Shown one piece after another: positions 1 to 9,796 of a stretch of 64,000 nucleotides of DNA; within the stretch, counting starts at the first letter, position 1; each line of letters starts with the position of its first letter. The notes under the pieces are model-generated. The model was not told where the DNA came from. It searched no databases and saw only the letters and a program-made list of their open reading frames with translations. A program made the translations under genes and the position numbers. The stretch lies in IMG/VR virus record IMGVR_UViG_3300020182_000007; one strand, written 5' to 3'. Source of the stretch: a virus.

Positions 1-315
1 GTCGTTTCCGTCTGTTCCTGAAGTTCCATCAGCACCGTCGTTTCCAGCAGCACCATCGTTTCCGTCTGTTCCGCTTGTTCCATCAGCACCGTCGTTTCCA
101 GCAGCACCATCGTTTCCGTCTGTTCCTGAAGTTCCATCAGCACCGTCGTTTCCAGCAGCACCATCGTTTCCGTCTGTTCCGCTTGTTCCATCAGCACCAT
201 CGTTTCCAGCAGCGCCGTCGTTTCCGTCTGTTCCTGAAGTTCCATCAGCACCGTCGTTTCCAGCAGCACCGTCGTTTCCGTCTGTTCCTGAAGTTCCAGC
301 AGCACCGTCGTTTCC
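1..315 (-). repeat. 54-bp tandem coding repeat (five full units plus one partial)
   Basis: Unit gtcgtttccgtctgttcctgaagttccatcagcaccgtcgtttccagcagcacc; units alternate ctgaag/cgcttg variants; encodes collagen triplets on the minus strand. Confidence 0.9.
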
Positions 316-792
316 TGGTAAACCATTAGCTCCATCAGCTCCATCTGTTCCTGAAGTTCCGTTTATTCCTGAAGTTCCGTTTTCTCCATCAGTTCCGTTG
401 TTTCCTGGTAAACCATTAGCTCCATCAGCTCCATCTGTTCCTGAAGTTCCGTTTATTCCTGAAGTTCCGTTTTCTCCTGGTAAACCATTAGCTCCAGTAT
501 CTCCATCTGTTCCATCTGTTCCTGAAGTTCCGTTTATTCCTGAAGTTCCTGATTCGCTACTTCCTACTAGAATCCAGTTTGATGATTGTGTTCTATCGGT
601 ACCGTTCCATCTATAAAGATCGTAACCTTCTGAAGCTACAGAAACAACCATACCCGGGTAAGGATTTGGTAACGCAGCATTACTTATTAAATCGGCCAGT
701 AGTCCAACTACTAATCTATCGTCTATTGGTTGTGGATCTTGTAAGTTGAAACCTGTTGCGATTCCAATACCACCGTTAAATTCCTTAGGCAT
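1..792 (-). CDS. Collagen-like fibre protein, 5' part (runs off the left edge; absent from ORF track)
   Basis: ATG at 792 (MPKEFNGGIGIATGFNLQDPQPIDDRLVV...), about 75 aa nearly identical to the N-terminus of 820..1800, then uninterrupted Gly-X-Y repeats ([18 protein letters not shown]) to position 1. Confidence 0.9.
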   Translation of the reverse strand, partial: MPKEFNGGIGIATGFNLQDPQPIDDRLVVGLLADLISNAALPNPYPGMVVSVASEGYDLYRWNGTDRTQSSNWILVGSSESGTSGINGTSGTDGTDGDTGANGLPGENGTSGINGTSGTDGADGANGLPGNNGTDGENGTSGINGTSGTDGADGANGLPGNDGAAGTSGTDGNDGAAGNDGADGTSGTDGNDGAAGNDGADGTSGTDGNDGAAGNDGADGTSGTDGNDGAAGNDGADGTSGTDGNDGAAGNDGADGTSGTDGND

Positions 793-819
793 AATTTTTA
801 TTTATATTTTCTTTATATA

Positions 820-1800
820 TTAAGCGATTCTGTATGTAAACGCTGATAATGTTTTAACTGTATTCGTTCTGTACTGATAAAGCGTTAACGGATCTCCATT
901 TTCATATGCTACGGTTACCGTAGTTTTAGTAAAATCAGAAGTATTATTAAAATTGTTACCATCGTAGATAGTAGCGTTGCTCTTAGTACTTAAGAAGTAT
1001 ACATATTCATTAGTTGCGGTAAAAGCTGCAGTTTTTGCAGGGCTACCAGAAACAAACTTTGTAAAATTTGAGTTTAGATTAGAATAAGATGAAGAATCGA
1101 AATCTGCAGTAGAACTTGCGCCATACCATTGTGGGTTATACGCTACCGATGTTCTTGGATTACTATCAGTTCTAGTTGTTATTCCATCTGCATTTAAGAA
1201 TGTAACATTATAGTTTTTACCTAAACTATCAGACTGTGCTGTAAATGTTTCAGAACCATTTGGAGATAATACAGTTGGAACATTGGTTCCGTTCCACGTT
1301 ACTGCCTGTACTGTATCATCGTTCGCTGTTGTAGAATACGTAAATGTTAGATTCGTTCCAGCTGTTAGGTTTTTCTCGAAAGAAGTAGGAGATACAGATA
1401 AACTTGCAACTCCATTTTCGTATACTAATGCAATTAGTCTAGAAACATGATTACTGCTAAAACCTATAGCAGGTACAGTTTCCCAATCGGCATCTCCATT
1501 AGTCGCTGTATTTTTTACTAATAACTGATCTTCAGTACCTCCATTTGGTAAACTACCTCCTGCTCCTGATCCTACTAGAATCCAGTTTGATGATTGTGTT
1601 CTATCGGTACCGTTCCATCTATAAAGATCGTAACCTTCAGCTTGTACTGAAACAACAATACCCGGATACGGATTTGGTAACGCAGCATTACTTATTAAAT
1701 CTGCAAGTAGTCCAACTACTAATCTATCGTCTATTGGTTGTGGATCTTGTAAGTTGAAACCTGTTGCGATTCCAATACCACCATTATATGATTTAGCCAT
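820..1800 (-). CDS. Virion fibre/structural protein built from two shared modules
   Basis: N-terminal module shared with 1..792; C-terminal ~200 aa near-identical to the C-terminus of 1827..3572; T/S/N-rich beta-type composition. Confidence 0.75.
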   Translation of the reverse strand: MAKSYNGGIGIATGFNLQDPQPIDDRLVVGLLADLISNAALPNPYPGIVVSVQAEGYDLYRWNGTDRTQSSNWILVGSGAGGSLPNGGTEDQLLVKNTATNGDADWETVPAIGFSSNHVSRLIALVYENGVASLSVSPTSFEKNLTAGTNLTFTYSTTANDDTVQAVTWNGTNVPTVLSPNGSETFTAQSDSLGKNYNVTFLNADGITTRTDSNPRTSVAYNPQWYGASSTADFDSSSYSNLNSNFTKFVSGSPAKTAAFTATNEYVYFLSTKSNATIYDGNNFNNTSDFTKTTVTVAYENGDPLTLYQYRTNTVKTLSAFTYRIA

Positions 1801-1826
1801 TATTTTATATTTAATTTATATTTAAT

Positions 1827-3572
1827 TTAAGCGATTCTGTATGTAAACGCTGATAATGTTTTGGGCAAATTCGTTCTGTACTGATAAAGCGTAAGCGCAG
1901 TACCATCTTCATACGTTACAGATACTGTCGTTTTAGTAAAATCAGAAGTATTATTAAAATTGTTACCATCGTAGATAGTAGCGTTGCTCTTAGTACTTAA
2001 GAAGTATACATATTCATTCGTTGCTGTAAAAGCTGCAGTTTTTGCAGGGCTACTAGAAACAAACTTTGTAAAATTTGAGTTTAGATTAGAATAAGATGAA
2101 GAATTAAAATCTGCAGTAGAACTTGCGCCATACCATTGTGGGTTTATAGCAATTGATCCTGCACCGTTGTTGTCAATTCTAGTTGTTATTCCATCTGCAT
2201 TTAAAAACGTTACTCCAAAGTTTTTTGATAATGTCGTTTTTTGATTTACATATTGTGAACTTCCAGTAGGATTTGATGTTACGTTGCTGCCATCATAAGT
2301 TGCACTCTGTACTGTATCATCGTTCGCTGTTGTTGAATAGTTAAATGTTAGAGTTACTCCAGAAGTTAGGTTTTTCTCGAAAGAAGTAGGAGATACAGAT
2401 AAACTTGCAACTCCATTTTCATATACTAATTCTTTTAATCTACCAACTTGATTTGTGTTAAAGTTAGCAACATGTTCGATTTGTGCTAAATCACTACCTA
2501 AATTGGTAATTGTAAATCCAGTAGAAAAGCTTAGCCCAGTTATTGGGTCAATTGATGTTGTTCCATCTGTTGCAGATATTGAACCTCCGCCAGATACTGT
2601 AACGATTGCTATTCCGTTTCCACCGTCAACTACTGATGCACTATCACCAAAATCGATTGTAGATACTGTAGATACTGTAGTGTCTGTGTCTATGACAGAA
2701 ATACTTCCGCCAGATGGGTTGTTAACGTTAACTCCAACTGCGTCTAAAAGAAGACCAACTCTTTGTCCAACTGTAAATGGAAATGATTCTGTTGCAGAAA
2801 CAGCGCTTGATTCGTGAGTTACTGTTATTTCAATACCATCTGTTATTCCAGTTGTATTACCATCTAGATCTAAATCTTTTCTAATCCAACCTGTAATTTT
2901 ATAAATATTGTAAATGCTAGTATCAGAAGTATCGGTAATTGCAATTGATACTGCAGCAGACTCAGCTGTAAATCGTTTAACTAAAAAGTTTTCTAGATAA
3001 GAATTTCTTTTGCCTCTTGTGTCAGTATTATTAAAAACAATTTTAGTAACTGATGCTGGGTTAGAGCTATCTAATACTATTTTACCAGCTGTTGGTAAAT
3101 CGTTTGATGAGTGTAAAAATGACTGTACGTTGTATATCGGTGCTGGAATGGTAAATGTGTTACCAACTACTGCTCCGCTCGAAGAAGATCCTCCAGAAGC
3201 GCTAATAGAAGCCATTCTAAGTTTAGGTAATATTATGCTATTGTTAACAGTTACATATTTAATTTCAGCGTATACTGAACCGTCTGCTAGTAGATCACCA
3301 AGTGACTGTGGAATCGCAAATGTAATATGCCCTTCAGTTCCAGCTTGTGTTGAGCCAAAAATAATTTGGCTAGCATCTGTAGTATATGATTGCTTGTATA
3401 CTAGGTCTTTATCGAAGATTTTAACTTCAATTAAATCAGCAGTGTACGCTTCGATCTGGTTTCCTACTGCATTTTGATAAAGGATTACCGTAATACTGTG
3501 TGATTGTCCTTTTGTAAGTTGATAAACCTGTGGGATATATCCAATTAGGTTGTTTCTAGAAACTTGTGGCAT
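1827..3572 (-). CDS. Virion fibre/structural protein
   Basis: 581 aa, T/S/G/V-rich; C-terminal module (LVYENGVASLSVSPTSFEKN...TLSAFTYRIA) duplicated in 820..1800; GATATATA motif upstream. Confidence 0.7.
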   Translation of the reverse strand: MPQVSRNNLIGYIPQVYQLTKGQSHSITVILYQNAVGNQIEAYTADLIEVKIFDKDLVYKQSYTTDASQIIFGSTQAGTEGHITFAIPQSLGDLLADGSVYAEIKYVTVNNSIILPKLRMASISASGGSSSSGAVVGNTFTIPAPIYNVQSFLHSSNDLPTAGKIVLDSSNPASVTKIVFNNTDTRGKRNSYLENFLVKRFTAESAAVSIAITDTSDTSIYNIYKITGWIRKDLDLDGNTTGITDGIEITVTHESSAVSATESFPFTVGQRVGLLLDAVGVNVNNPSGGSISVIDTDTTVSTVSTIDFGDSASVVDGGNGIAIVTVSGGGSISATDGTTSIDPITGLSFSTGFTITNLGSDLAQIEHVANFNTNQVGRLKELVYENGVASLSVSPTSFEKNLTSGVTLTFNYSTTANDDTVQSATYDGSNVTSNPTGSSQYVNQKTTLSKNFGVTFLNADGITTRIDNNGAGSIAINPQWYGASSTADFNSSSYSNLNSNFTKFVSSSPAKTAAFTATNEYVYFLSTKSNATIYDGNNFNNTSDFTKTTVSVTYEDGTALTLYQYRTNLPKTLSAFTYRIA

Positions 3573-3619
3573 CGTTTAATTTTATTTTTAGTATTGTTTT
3601 GTTCTTATTATATATCGAG

Positions 3620-4330
3620 TTAAATTCCGTAATCTTTCCGGAGCTGCATAAAAATATTTGAAGCAATTACATTAATTGGACCCTCATCCAGCATTACTAC
3701 GTTTTTTATATGTACATTATATATTATTTTTTCTGAATCTTTATCTTTAATCTCACTGATATACTCGATTGTTGATTTTTTATCGTATTTTTGAGTAGAT
3801 ATTTTATACAGCGTAAACCCCTTCCAGTCAATATTATTATTTATTTTAGGATTATTAAAAGAATATGTATGTAACTTTTTATCTGGAGTGTATATTAATA
3901 CAAAGCCGCTAGTTATAAGATATGGTTTAGTGCCAGCATGTCCAATAGACATTTGTTGGTCTATAGTTCTCCAGTTTTCTCTAATATCAGAGTGAAGTGT
4001 CTCGTATGCGTCAATAGCATCATCTATTAGATCGTCTATAATTTCATGTGAAATTATCTGAGATCCTGTATTGTAAAGGGATTCTATGTTGTTCCAATTA
4101 ACGTTCGTTAATTGCGTAGATTTGGTATTTTCTTCGATGAGATACCTTTCGGCATCATATTGGTATAAAAAATCTAGGGCTGCATCGGTTTCTTGTAGAG
4201 ATTCCCACAACTTACCTAATTTTAATTTTTTTCTAGTTTCAGAAACATGTGAGAGCATTCGATATCTTCTGTATTCGAAGTCCTCTGGGCCTTCTGTTGC
4301 CCAATCTGGAATATTATTAGAGTTGCTCAT
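3620..4330 (-). CDS. Hypothetical protein
   Basis: 236-aa ORF in a co-directional gene run, typical codon usage. Confidence 0.7.
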   Translation of the reverse strand: MSNSNNIPDWATEGPEDFEYRRYRMLSHVSETRKKLKLGKLWESLQETDAALDFLYQYDAERYLIEENTKSTQLTNVNWNNIESLYNTGSQIISHEIIDDLIDDAIDAYETLHSDIRENWRTIDQQMSIGHAGTKPYLITSGFVLIYTPDKKLHTYSFNNPKINNNIDWKGFTLYKISTQKYDKKSTIEYISEIKDKDSEKIIYNVHIKNVVMLDEGPINVIASNIFMQLRKDYGI

Positions 4331-4366
4331 ATGGTTATCTATCCATATGATTCTAAGAATGTTATC

Positions 4367-4675
4367 CTAAGCCTTATTTATTTTTTTTGGCTTATTTATT
4401 TTTTGAGATACGCTGCTTGGCGATGCAGTGGTCAGTCCCCATTGAAGAATAAACCAGTTCATCTCTTGATTTGCAGCAGACTTAGTCAGCTTCAGTTTAG
4501 TTTTAATGATGTCAGCTCCCCATTTAATAAATTCAGATTCTTTTTCTGTAGTTGTTTGATACTCCATGTACCAGTCTGGATTATTTTTAACTTCTTCAAA
4601 TTTTACATTGAATGGCTCTAACTGCTTGTTTACGAGTGTTAAAAACACTTCGCTTTCTAAATCTCTTCTACTCAT
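4367..4675 (-). CDS. Hypothetical protein
   Basis: 102-aa ORF tightly packed downstream of clpP. Confidence 0.65.
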   Translation of the reverse strand: MSRRDLESEVFLTLVNKQLEPFNVKFEEVKNNPDWYMEYQTTTEKESEFIKWGADIIKTKLKLTKSAANQEMNWFILQWGLTTASPSSVSQKINKPKKINKA

Positions 4676-4681
4676 TGCTTA

Positions 4682-5359
4682 TTATCTTTTTTTAATTATT
4701 TCATCAATAATACCGTACTCGACTGCCTGTTCAGCGCTAAGCCAGAAATCTCTAGTAGCGTCATTCATAACTACGTCTGCTGGTTTTCCGCAATATTCTC
4801 CTAGAAGTACAAAAAGTTCGCGGTTTACTTCTTTCCAATTTTTCCAATCAATTTCAGCGTCTTGTATATTACCACTGAATCCTCCAGAAGATTGATGTAG
4901 CATTGTTGTTGAGTGTTTTAGTGACATCCTCTTACCTTTAGTTCCAGCGCCTAATAATACTGAACCCATTGAGGCGGCCATTCCAGTATTAATGGTTCTA
5001 ATATCAGCTTTAATGTAGTCCATTACATCTACCATAGATAGTCCTGACTTAACTGAGCCTCCTGGAGAATCAATATGCATTGTAATATCATCAGATGATG
5101 TGGTATCTAAAAACATCAGCTGTGCTTGTACTACAGTTGACATTTGATCATTTACTGGACCAGCAACCCACAGTAATCTGTCCATCATTAATCTACTAAA
5201 AATATCCATTTGAGTAGCTCTTAATTCTCTCTCTTCTAGGATATAAGGTGTCATCGATCCTTGTATATGCTTCGAATACATGTCTATTTTTGAGGATCCA
5301 ATGTTAAGTTCACTCTGTGCAAACCTGTTAAATTCTTTATCTTTTGGGAAATAATTCAT
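4682..5359 (-). CDS. clpP: ATP-dependent Clp protease proteolytic subunit
   Basis: DIFSRLMMDR, HIDSPGGSV, GMAASMGS (Ser), MLHQ (His), RDFWLSAEQAVEYGIID (Asp). Confidence 0.97.
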   Translation of the reverse strand: MNYFPKDKEFNRFAQSELNIGSSKIDMYSKHIQGSMTPYILEERELRATQMDIFSRLMMDRLLWVAGPVNDQMSTVVQAQLMFLDTTSSDDITMHIDSPGGSVKSGLSMVDVMDYIKADIRTINTGMAASMGSVLLGAGTKGKRMSLKHSTTMLHQSSGGFSGNIQDAEIDWKNWKEVNRELFVLLGEYCGKPADVVMNDATRDFWLSAEQAVEYGIIDEIIKKR

Positions 5360-5676
5360 ATGTTTTTTAAAATTTGCTTTATTAAATCGCAGGTTTCGTA
5401 TTCTTCTATTTGTTTAAAGTATTCCATTGACTTATTAAGAGACTTAGAAAATCCTTGAGGAGGAAGGCACATTTCATATTCTATTCCTTCATCGTCTATT
5501 AATATAACTAGTATTTCGGTTACTGGCATATCTTCAATGTATGCTAGAGTGTATTCGACTATTCTTCGGTAGAAAACATCATATTTTGCCATTAAATTTA
5601 GATCTAGATCTGCCTTTGAAATTTTTAGTGGATCTATTCTAATTATTGGTATATTATCTTCAGTATATTCTTCCAT
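5356..5676 (-). CDS. Small acidic protein with C-terminal UVR-like helical motif
   Basis: C-terminal EYFKQIEEYETCDLIKQI resembles the UvrB/C motif; overlaps clpP start. Confidence 0.5.
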   Translation of the reverse strand: MEEYTEDNIPIIRIDPLKISKADLDLNLMAKYDVFYRRIVEYTLAYIEDMPVTEILVILIDDEGIEYEMCLPPQGFSKSLNKSMEYFKQIEEYETCDLIKQILKNI

Positions 5677-5677
5677 C

Positions 5678-6517
5678 TTATATTTCGAAATAATCGTTTA
5701 ATATATTCTTGTAATTTGCGTCCTTCATCTTAATTGAATTATCAACTCTTTGCAAAAATTCTAATCCCTGGTCAGTTAGATATACTCCATTATCACTATT
5801 ATAATCTAGTAATTTGTTTTTTAGTATTAATGAGTATTCGCTTCCGATTCCATTTTCTTTAATTTCTGATGCTAGATTAAAATGTCTTTCATAAAAATGT
5901 AGGTTATCTGAATTATGGAAATAGTGACCAAGTTCAAGGTCTTTATATTTATCTTTTAGTATTAAAAAAATAGATTGATGAAGGAATGAAAAGAATGGTG
6001 CATCAAATGTAAGTCCAAAGAATATATCATTTGATCTCATCTGAACCTTCATATATAGCGTATTATTTCTAATAAAAAAGTTTGCGTATAGAGTACATAC
6101 AAAATCTTTATTTCCTTCTACTTGAAATTTAGGCTGATTAAAAAACATAATTGCCTGTCTTGAATTCTTATCATTTACTAAAGAATCAACAACCCATCCA
6201 ACTTGCTTATCGTTAAGTACTAAACTTCCATAATTAGAATTAATTTCATTAGTTCCTTCATTTGTTAAGTTTTTCCAAAATTTAGAAAAGTTAGAAATGT
6301 AATCAACATCATTATCTCTGTGGAGATACCATGCAAGCTCTCCTGTAAAATATTTAAAGTTAAATGGACGGTCTTTAAAATCTGCAATTGGATGCGTTGG
6401 ATCTATATCAAAAGAAGCCATCATTGCTTCTTTTACTTTCATATCTCTTGGAGAAGATTCAGTACCGTTGTCTTCGATCTCATTGACTAAATCTATAAAT
6501 GTTTGTGAAAAACTCAT
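5678..6517 (-). CDS. Thymidylate-synthase-family pyrimidine modifying enzyme, dCMP hydroxymethylase-like
   Basis: PRD, ELAWY, NSNYG, SRQA, catalytic DFVCT, MRSNDIFFGLTFD (Asp where ThyA has Asn), NLHFYERH. Confidence 0.85.
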   Translation of the reverse strand: MSFSQTFIDLVNEIEDNGTESSPRDMKVKEAMMASFDIDPTHPIADFKDRPFNFKYFTGELAWYLHRDNDVDYISNFSKFWKNLTNEGTNEINSNYGSLVLNDKQVGWVVDSLVNDKNSRQAIMFFNQPKFQVEGNKDFVCTLYANFFIRNNTLYMKVQMRSNDIFFGLTFDAPFFSFLHQSIFLILKDKYKDLELGHYFHNSDNLHFYERHFNLASEIKENGIGSEYSLILKNKLLDYNSDNGVYLTDQGLEFLQRVDNSIKMKDANYKNILNDYFEI

Positions 6518-6539
6518 ATTATATTATTTTAATATTATA

Positions 6540-8555
6540 TTAGGATTTAAGGTTTAGTTTATTATCTGACTTAAGTTTACTAAGAGTATACGCATCTTCT
6601 CTTGGAGTAATTTCTTCAGTTAATATTAGGTCTGCAATTAGGTCCTCTACATATTTTTGAATTGCTCTTTTTACAGGTCGAGCACCGTATGCCTTGTCGT
6701 ATCCTTCATTTGCTATAAACTCTTTGGCGCTTTTCATGAATTTAAAATTATATCCTTCTTCTATCATTCTTTCGTTAAATGTTGACAACTCAATGTCTAC
6801 TATCTTAATTACATTTTCGATCGTTAGGTGATCAAATAGAATAATATCGTCTAGTCTGTTTAAAAATTCAGGACTAAATTTATTCTTTAATTCTTTCTTA
6901 ATTATACCTTCAATCTTAGCGCTTTGTTGTAGCAATATACTATCGCTTTGAAATCCTACTCCTGTTCCAAAGTCTGCTACCTTACGAGCACCTATATTTG
7001 AAGTCATTACAATAATTGTATTTGTAAAATCAACAATCCTTCCACTAGAATCCGTTAATCTACCATCATCTAAAACTTGCAACAATGTGTTAAATACATC
7101 AGGATGTGCCTTTTCAACCTCATCGAATAGAATCACAGAGTGCGGCTTTCTACGAACTGCCTCTGTTAATTGTCCACCATCTTCATGTCCTACGTATCCT
7201 GGAGGAGAACCAATTAGACGAGAAACATTAAACTTTTCTTGGTATTCTGACATATCTATTCTAACCATAGCGTCAGTATCCCCAAACATATATTCAGCAA
7301 GTGCCTTAACGGTCTCAGTTTTACCTACACCAGTAGGACCCAAGAACATAAATGAACCTACTGGCTTTTTATGACTGCTTACTCCTGTTCGAGATCTCTT
7401 AATTACAGTAGAAAGAGCATCAACCGCAGCGTCTTGTCCTATAATTTGTTTTTTTATCTCCTTAGCCATAGATATGATGAGTTTCTTTTCATCAAGGCCT
7501 AGTCGCTGTACTGGAATTCCAGTTTGCATAGAAATAGTTTCTGCAATATCTTCAACATCTACCTTTCTCTTTGTTTTTTTAAGAGAATCTTCCCACTTTT
7601 CAGTTTCAACTATTACCTTGTCATCGATTACAAGCTGCTCATCGCGCAGCTGTGCTGCTAATTCATAATCTTGTCCGGATACTGCTGATTCTTTTTTTAA
7701 TCTTACAATTTCAGCATCTCTTTCAAGGTTTTTAATTTTTGCAGGTATTTTAACTTCTAGCAAATGAGTTCTTGCACCAGATTCGTCTAATAGATCAATT
7801 GCTTTATCTGGCAATTCTCTAGATTTAATATATCGCTCGCTCATTTTTACGCATGCTATTATTGCATCGTCAGTATATTCAACTGAGTGGTGTTCTTCAT
7901 ACTGTCCTTTAATTCTATTAAGAATCTCAATAGTATCATCAACCGAAGGAGGATCCACGAAAACTTCTTGAAATCTACGAGTTAGTGCACCATCGTCTTC
8001 GATGTTTTCTCTATATTCATCTAGTGTCGTTGCTCCAATACATTGTACTTGGCCTCTTGCTAATGCTGGTTTTAAAATGTTAGAAGCGTCTAATGCACCA
8101 CTTACACCGCCTGCTCCTACTATTGTATGTAACTCATCGATGAATACGATAATGTTTTTAGCAGATTTGAGTTCATCTACAATGCTTTTCATTCTCTCTT
8201 CAAATTCGCCACGATATTTTGTACCTGCGACTATATTTGTCATGCTGATAGAAATTACTCTTTTGTTTAGTAGCACTCTTGCAACTTTTTTACTGACAAT
8301 TCGCTGTGCAATCGCTTCAACAATTGCAGTTTTACCTACACCAGGATCTCCTAATATAATAGGATTATTCTTTTTCCTACGAGCAAGAATCTGACAAATT
8401 CTATAGATCTCTTTATCTCTACCAATAATAGGGTCTAATTTACCGTCTGCTGCTAATTTAGTCATATCTTCACCATACTCATCTAAGAATGGCGTATTAG
8501 TCTTGGTCTTTTTATTTCGGCCCTTTTCATTTTCGTATCCGTCTGCTAATGACAT
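6540..8555 (-). CDS. clpC: ClpC-like AAA+ chaperone lacking the N-terminal Clp repeat domain
   Basis: Two Walker A motifs (GDPGVGKT, GPTGVGKT), FIDELH, UVR-like middle coil, LFDEVEKAH, VGF ClpP-docking loop, GARPVKR. Confidence 0.93.
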   Translation of the reverse strand: MSLADGYENEKGRNKKTKTNTPFLDEYGEDMTKLAADGKLDPIIGRDKEIYRICQILARRKKNNPIILGDPGVGKTAIVEAIAQRIVSKKVARVLLNKRVISISMTNIVAGTKYRGEFEERMKSIVDELKSAKNIIVFIDELHTIVGAGGVSGALDASNILKPALARGQVQCIGATTLDEYRENIEDDGALTRRFQEVFVDPPSVDDTIEILNRIKGQYEEHHSVEYTDDAIIACVKMSERYIKSRELPDKAIDLLDESGARTHLLEVKIPAKIKNLERDAEIVRLKKESAVSGQDYELAAQLRDEQLVIDDKVIVETEKWEDSLKKTKRKVDVEDIAETISMQTGIPVQRLGLDEKKLIISMAKEIKKQIIGQDAAVDALSTVIKRSRTGVSSHKKPVGSFMFLGPTGVGKTETVKALAEYMFGDTDAMVRIDMSEYQEKFNVSRLIGSPPGYVGHEDGGQLTEAVRRKPHSVILFDEVEKAHPDVFNTLLQVLDDGRLTDSSGRIVDFTNTIIVMTSNIGARKVADFGTGVGFQSDSILLQQSAKIEGIIKKELKNKFSPEFLNRLDDIILFDHLTIENVIKIVDIELSTFNERMIEEGYNFKFMKSAKEFIANEGYDKAYGARPVKRAIQKYVEDLIADLILTEEITPREDAYTLSKLKSDNKLNLKS

Positions 8556-8659
8556 ATATTGTTTTGTTTAATTTCTTATTGTATTTATTTCTTTAATTAT
8601 ATATACATTTTTGATTTAGTTTACATACTGAAATCATCATTACACATTTCTTTAGGCAC

Positions 8660-8687
8660 AAAAAAGGAGCCAATACAGGCTCCCTTA
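8660..8687 (-). terminator. Rho-independent terminator
   Basis: ggagcc-N7-ggctcc stem followed by a T-run on the minus strand, downstream of the M42 gene. Confidence 0.7.
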
Positions 8688-8709
8688 GATTACTTACTGT
8701 AATTTTGTT

Positions 8710-9795
8710 TTATCTATTATTAATTTTATTGATTTTTTCTGGGGTTAATGCCTTTAAAAACTCAACAAATAATTTAATAGCATACTTTACGTCTCGACGG
8801 TGTACTGACTCAACGGTTGTGTGCATGTATTTAAGCGGTGAAGCGATGATGGCAGTTGGTGTATTCTCCATAAAGAATGCCATTGTATCATTGCCCATCG
8901 ACCCAGCTGTTAGTTGAACTGGAATCTTATTATCCTTTGCAACCTCTCTTAACATTTTATTAATGTCTCTATGATTTTGTGCAGTATATTCTAAGCATGG
9001 ACCATCTCCACCTTTATTATCTCCATCCTTTGCCTTGTCAATCTTAGGTGTATTTGTATTGTGACACACATCATGTACCAGGGCCAAATCAGCCTTTAAG
9101 TGTTTAGCAATCTTTTTAGCACCATGAAGACCAACCTCTTCTTGAACGCTATTAACAACATATAAATCATATGGTAAGTTAACATTATCTTCTGAGATCT
9201 TTCTAAGTGCCTCTGCTATAATATATCCGCCTATCTTATTATCTAATGATCGACCAACATAATAGTCTCCGATCTCTTCTAATTGAGTGTCGAATGTTAT
9301 AAGGTTACCAATCTCAACTCCAGCTTTAAGTACTGCTTCTTTATCTTTAAGACCCATATCTACCCAAAGCTCATGTTGTTCATAGCCCATTGATGTGTAC
9401 TTTTCACGAGTATGAATTGCTGGCCATCCAAAAAGACCACGTAATTTCCTACCGTCATGTGTATGGATCATTACAGTCTTAGAAGGTGCGATCATATTAT
9501 CACTGCCTCCGTGTCGCTTTACTCTGATCATACCATCACTTTCAATGTGTGTAATAATCCATGCAATCTCATCACAGTGTGCTTCAATAACTACTTTATG
9601 TGTATTTACATCAAGAGTCTCATATTTCCTTAATTTACGCTTAAGCACACCATACGAAGTTCCATATGCATCCTGCTTTAAAAAATCAACATACTGTTTA
9701 ATATAATCTGTCCAGATTTGCTGACCTTCAGTCTCTTGTGCTACTGGTGCATATGCGTTTAAATAATTGTGTAGAAAGATTTTATTGTTTTTCAT
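8710..9795 (-). CDS. M42 family metallo-aminopeptidase
   Basis: EAHCDEI, GGSD, RSLDNKIG, SVQEEVGLHGA, HDV, YMHTTVE metal ligands. Confidence 0.92.
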   Translation of the reverse strand: MKNNKIFLHNYLNAYAPVAQETEGQQIWTDYIKQYVDFLKQDAYGTSYGVLKRKLRKYETLDVNTHKVVIEAHCDEIAWIITHIESDGMIRVKRHGGSDNMIAPSKTVMIHTHDGRKLRGLFGWPAIHTREKYTSMGYEQHELWVDMGLKDKEAVLKAGVEIGNLITFDTQLEEIGDYYVGRSLDNKIGGYIIAEALRKISEDNVNLPYDLYVVNSVQEEVGLHGAKKIAKHLKADLALVHDVCHNTNTPKIDKAKDGDNKGGDGPCLEYTAQNHRDINKMLREVAKDNKIPVQLTAGSMGNDTMAFFMENTPTAIIASPLKYMHTTVESVHRRDVKYAIKLFVEFLKALTPEKINKINNR

Positions 9796-9796
9796 C

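Noticed and set aside
75-616. Plus-strand ORFs 75..329 and 398..616 with H/Q/R/F or P/V/S repeats
   Set aside because: Antisense shadows of the minus-strand collagen repeat gene 1..792.
820-2440. Duplicated C-terminal modules as a DGR template/variable repeat pair
   Set aside because: Both copies are in full ORFs, differences include C/T changes rather than adenine-specific ones, and no reverse transcriptase is in the window.
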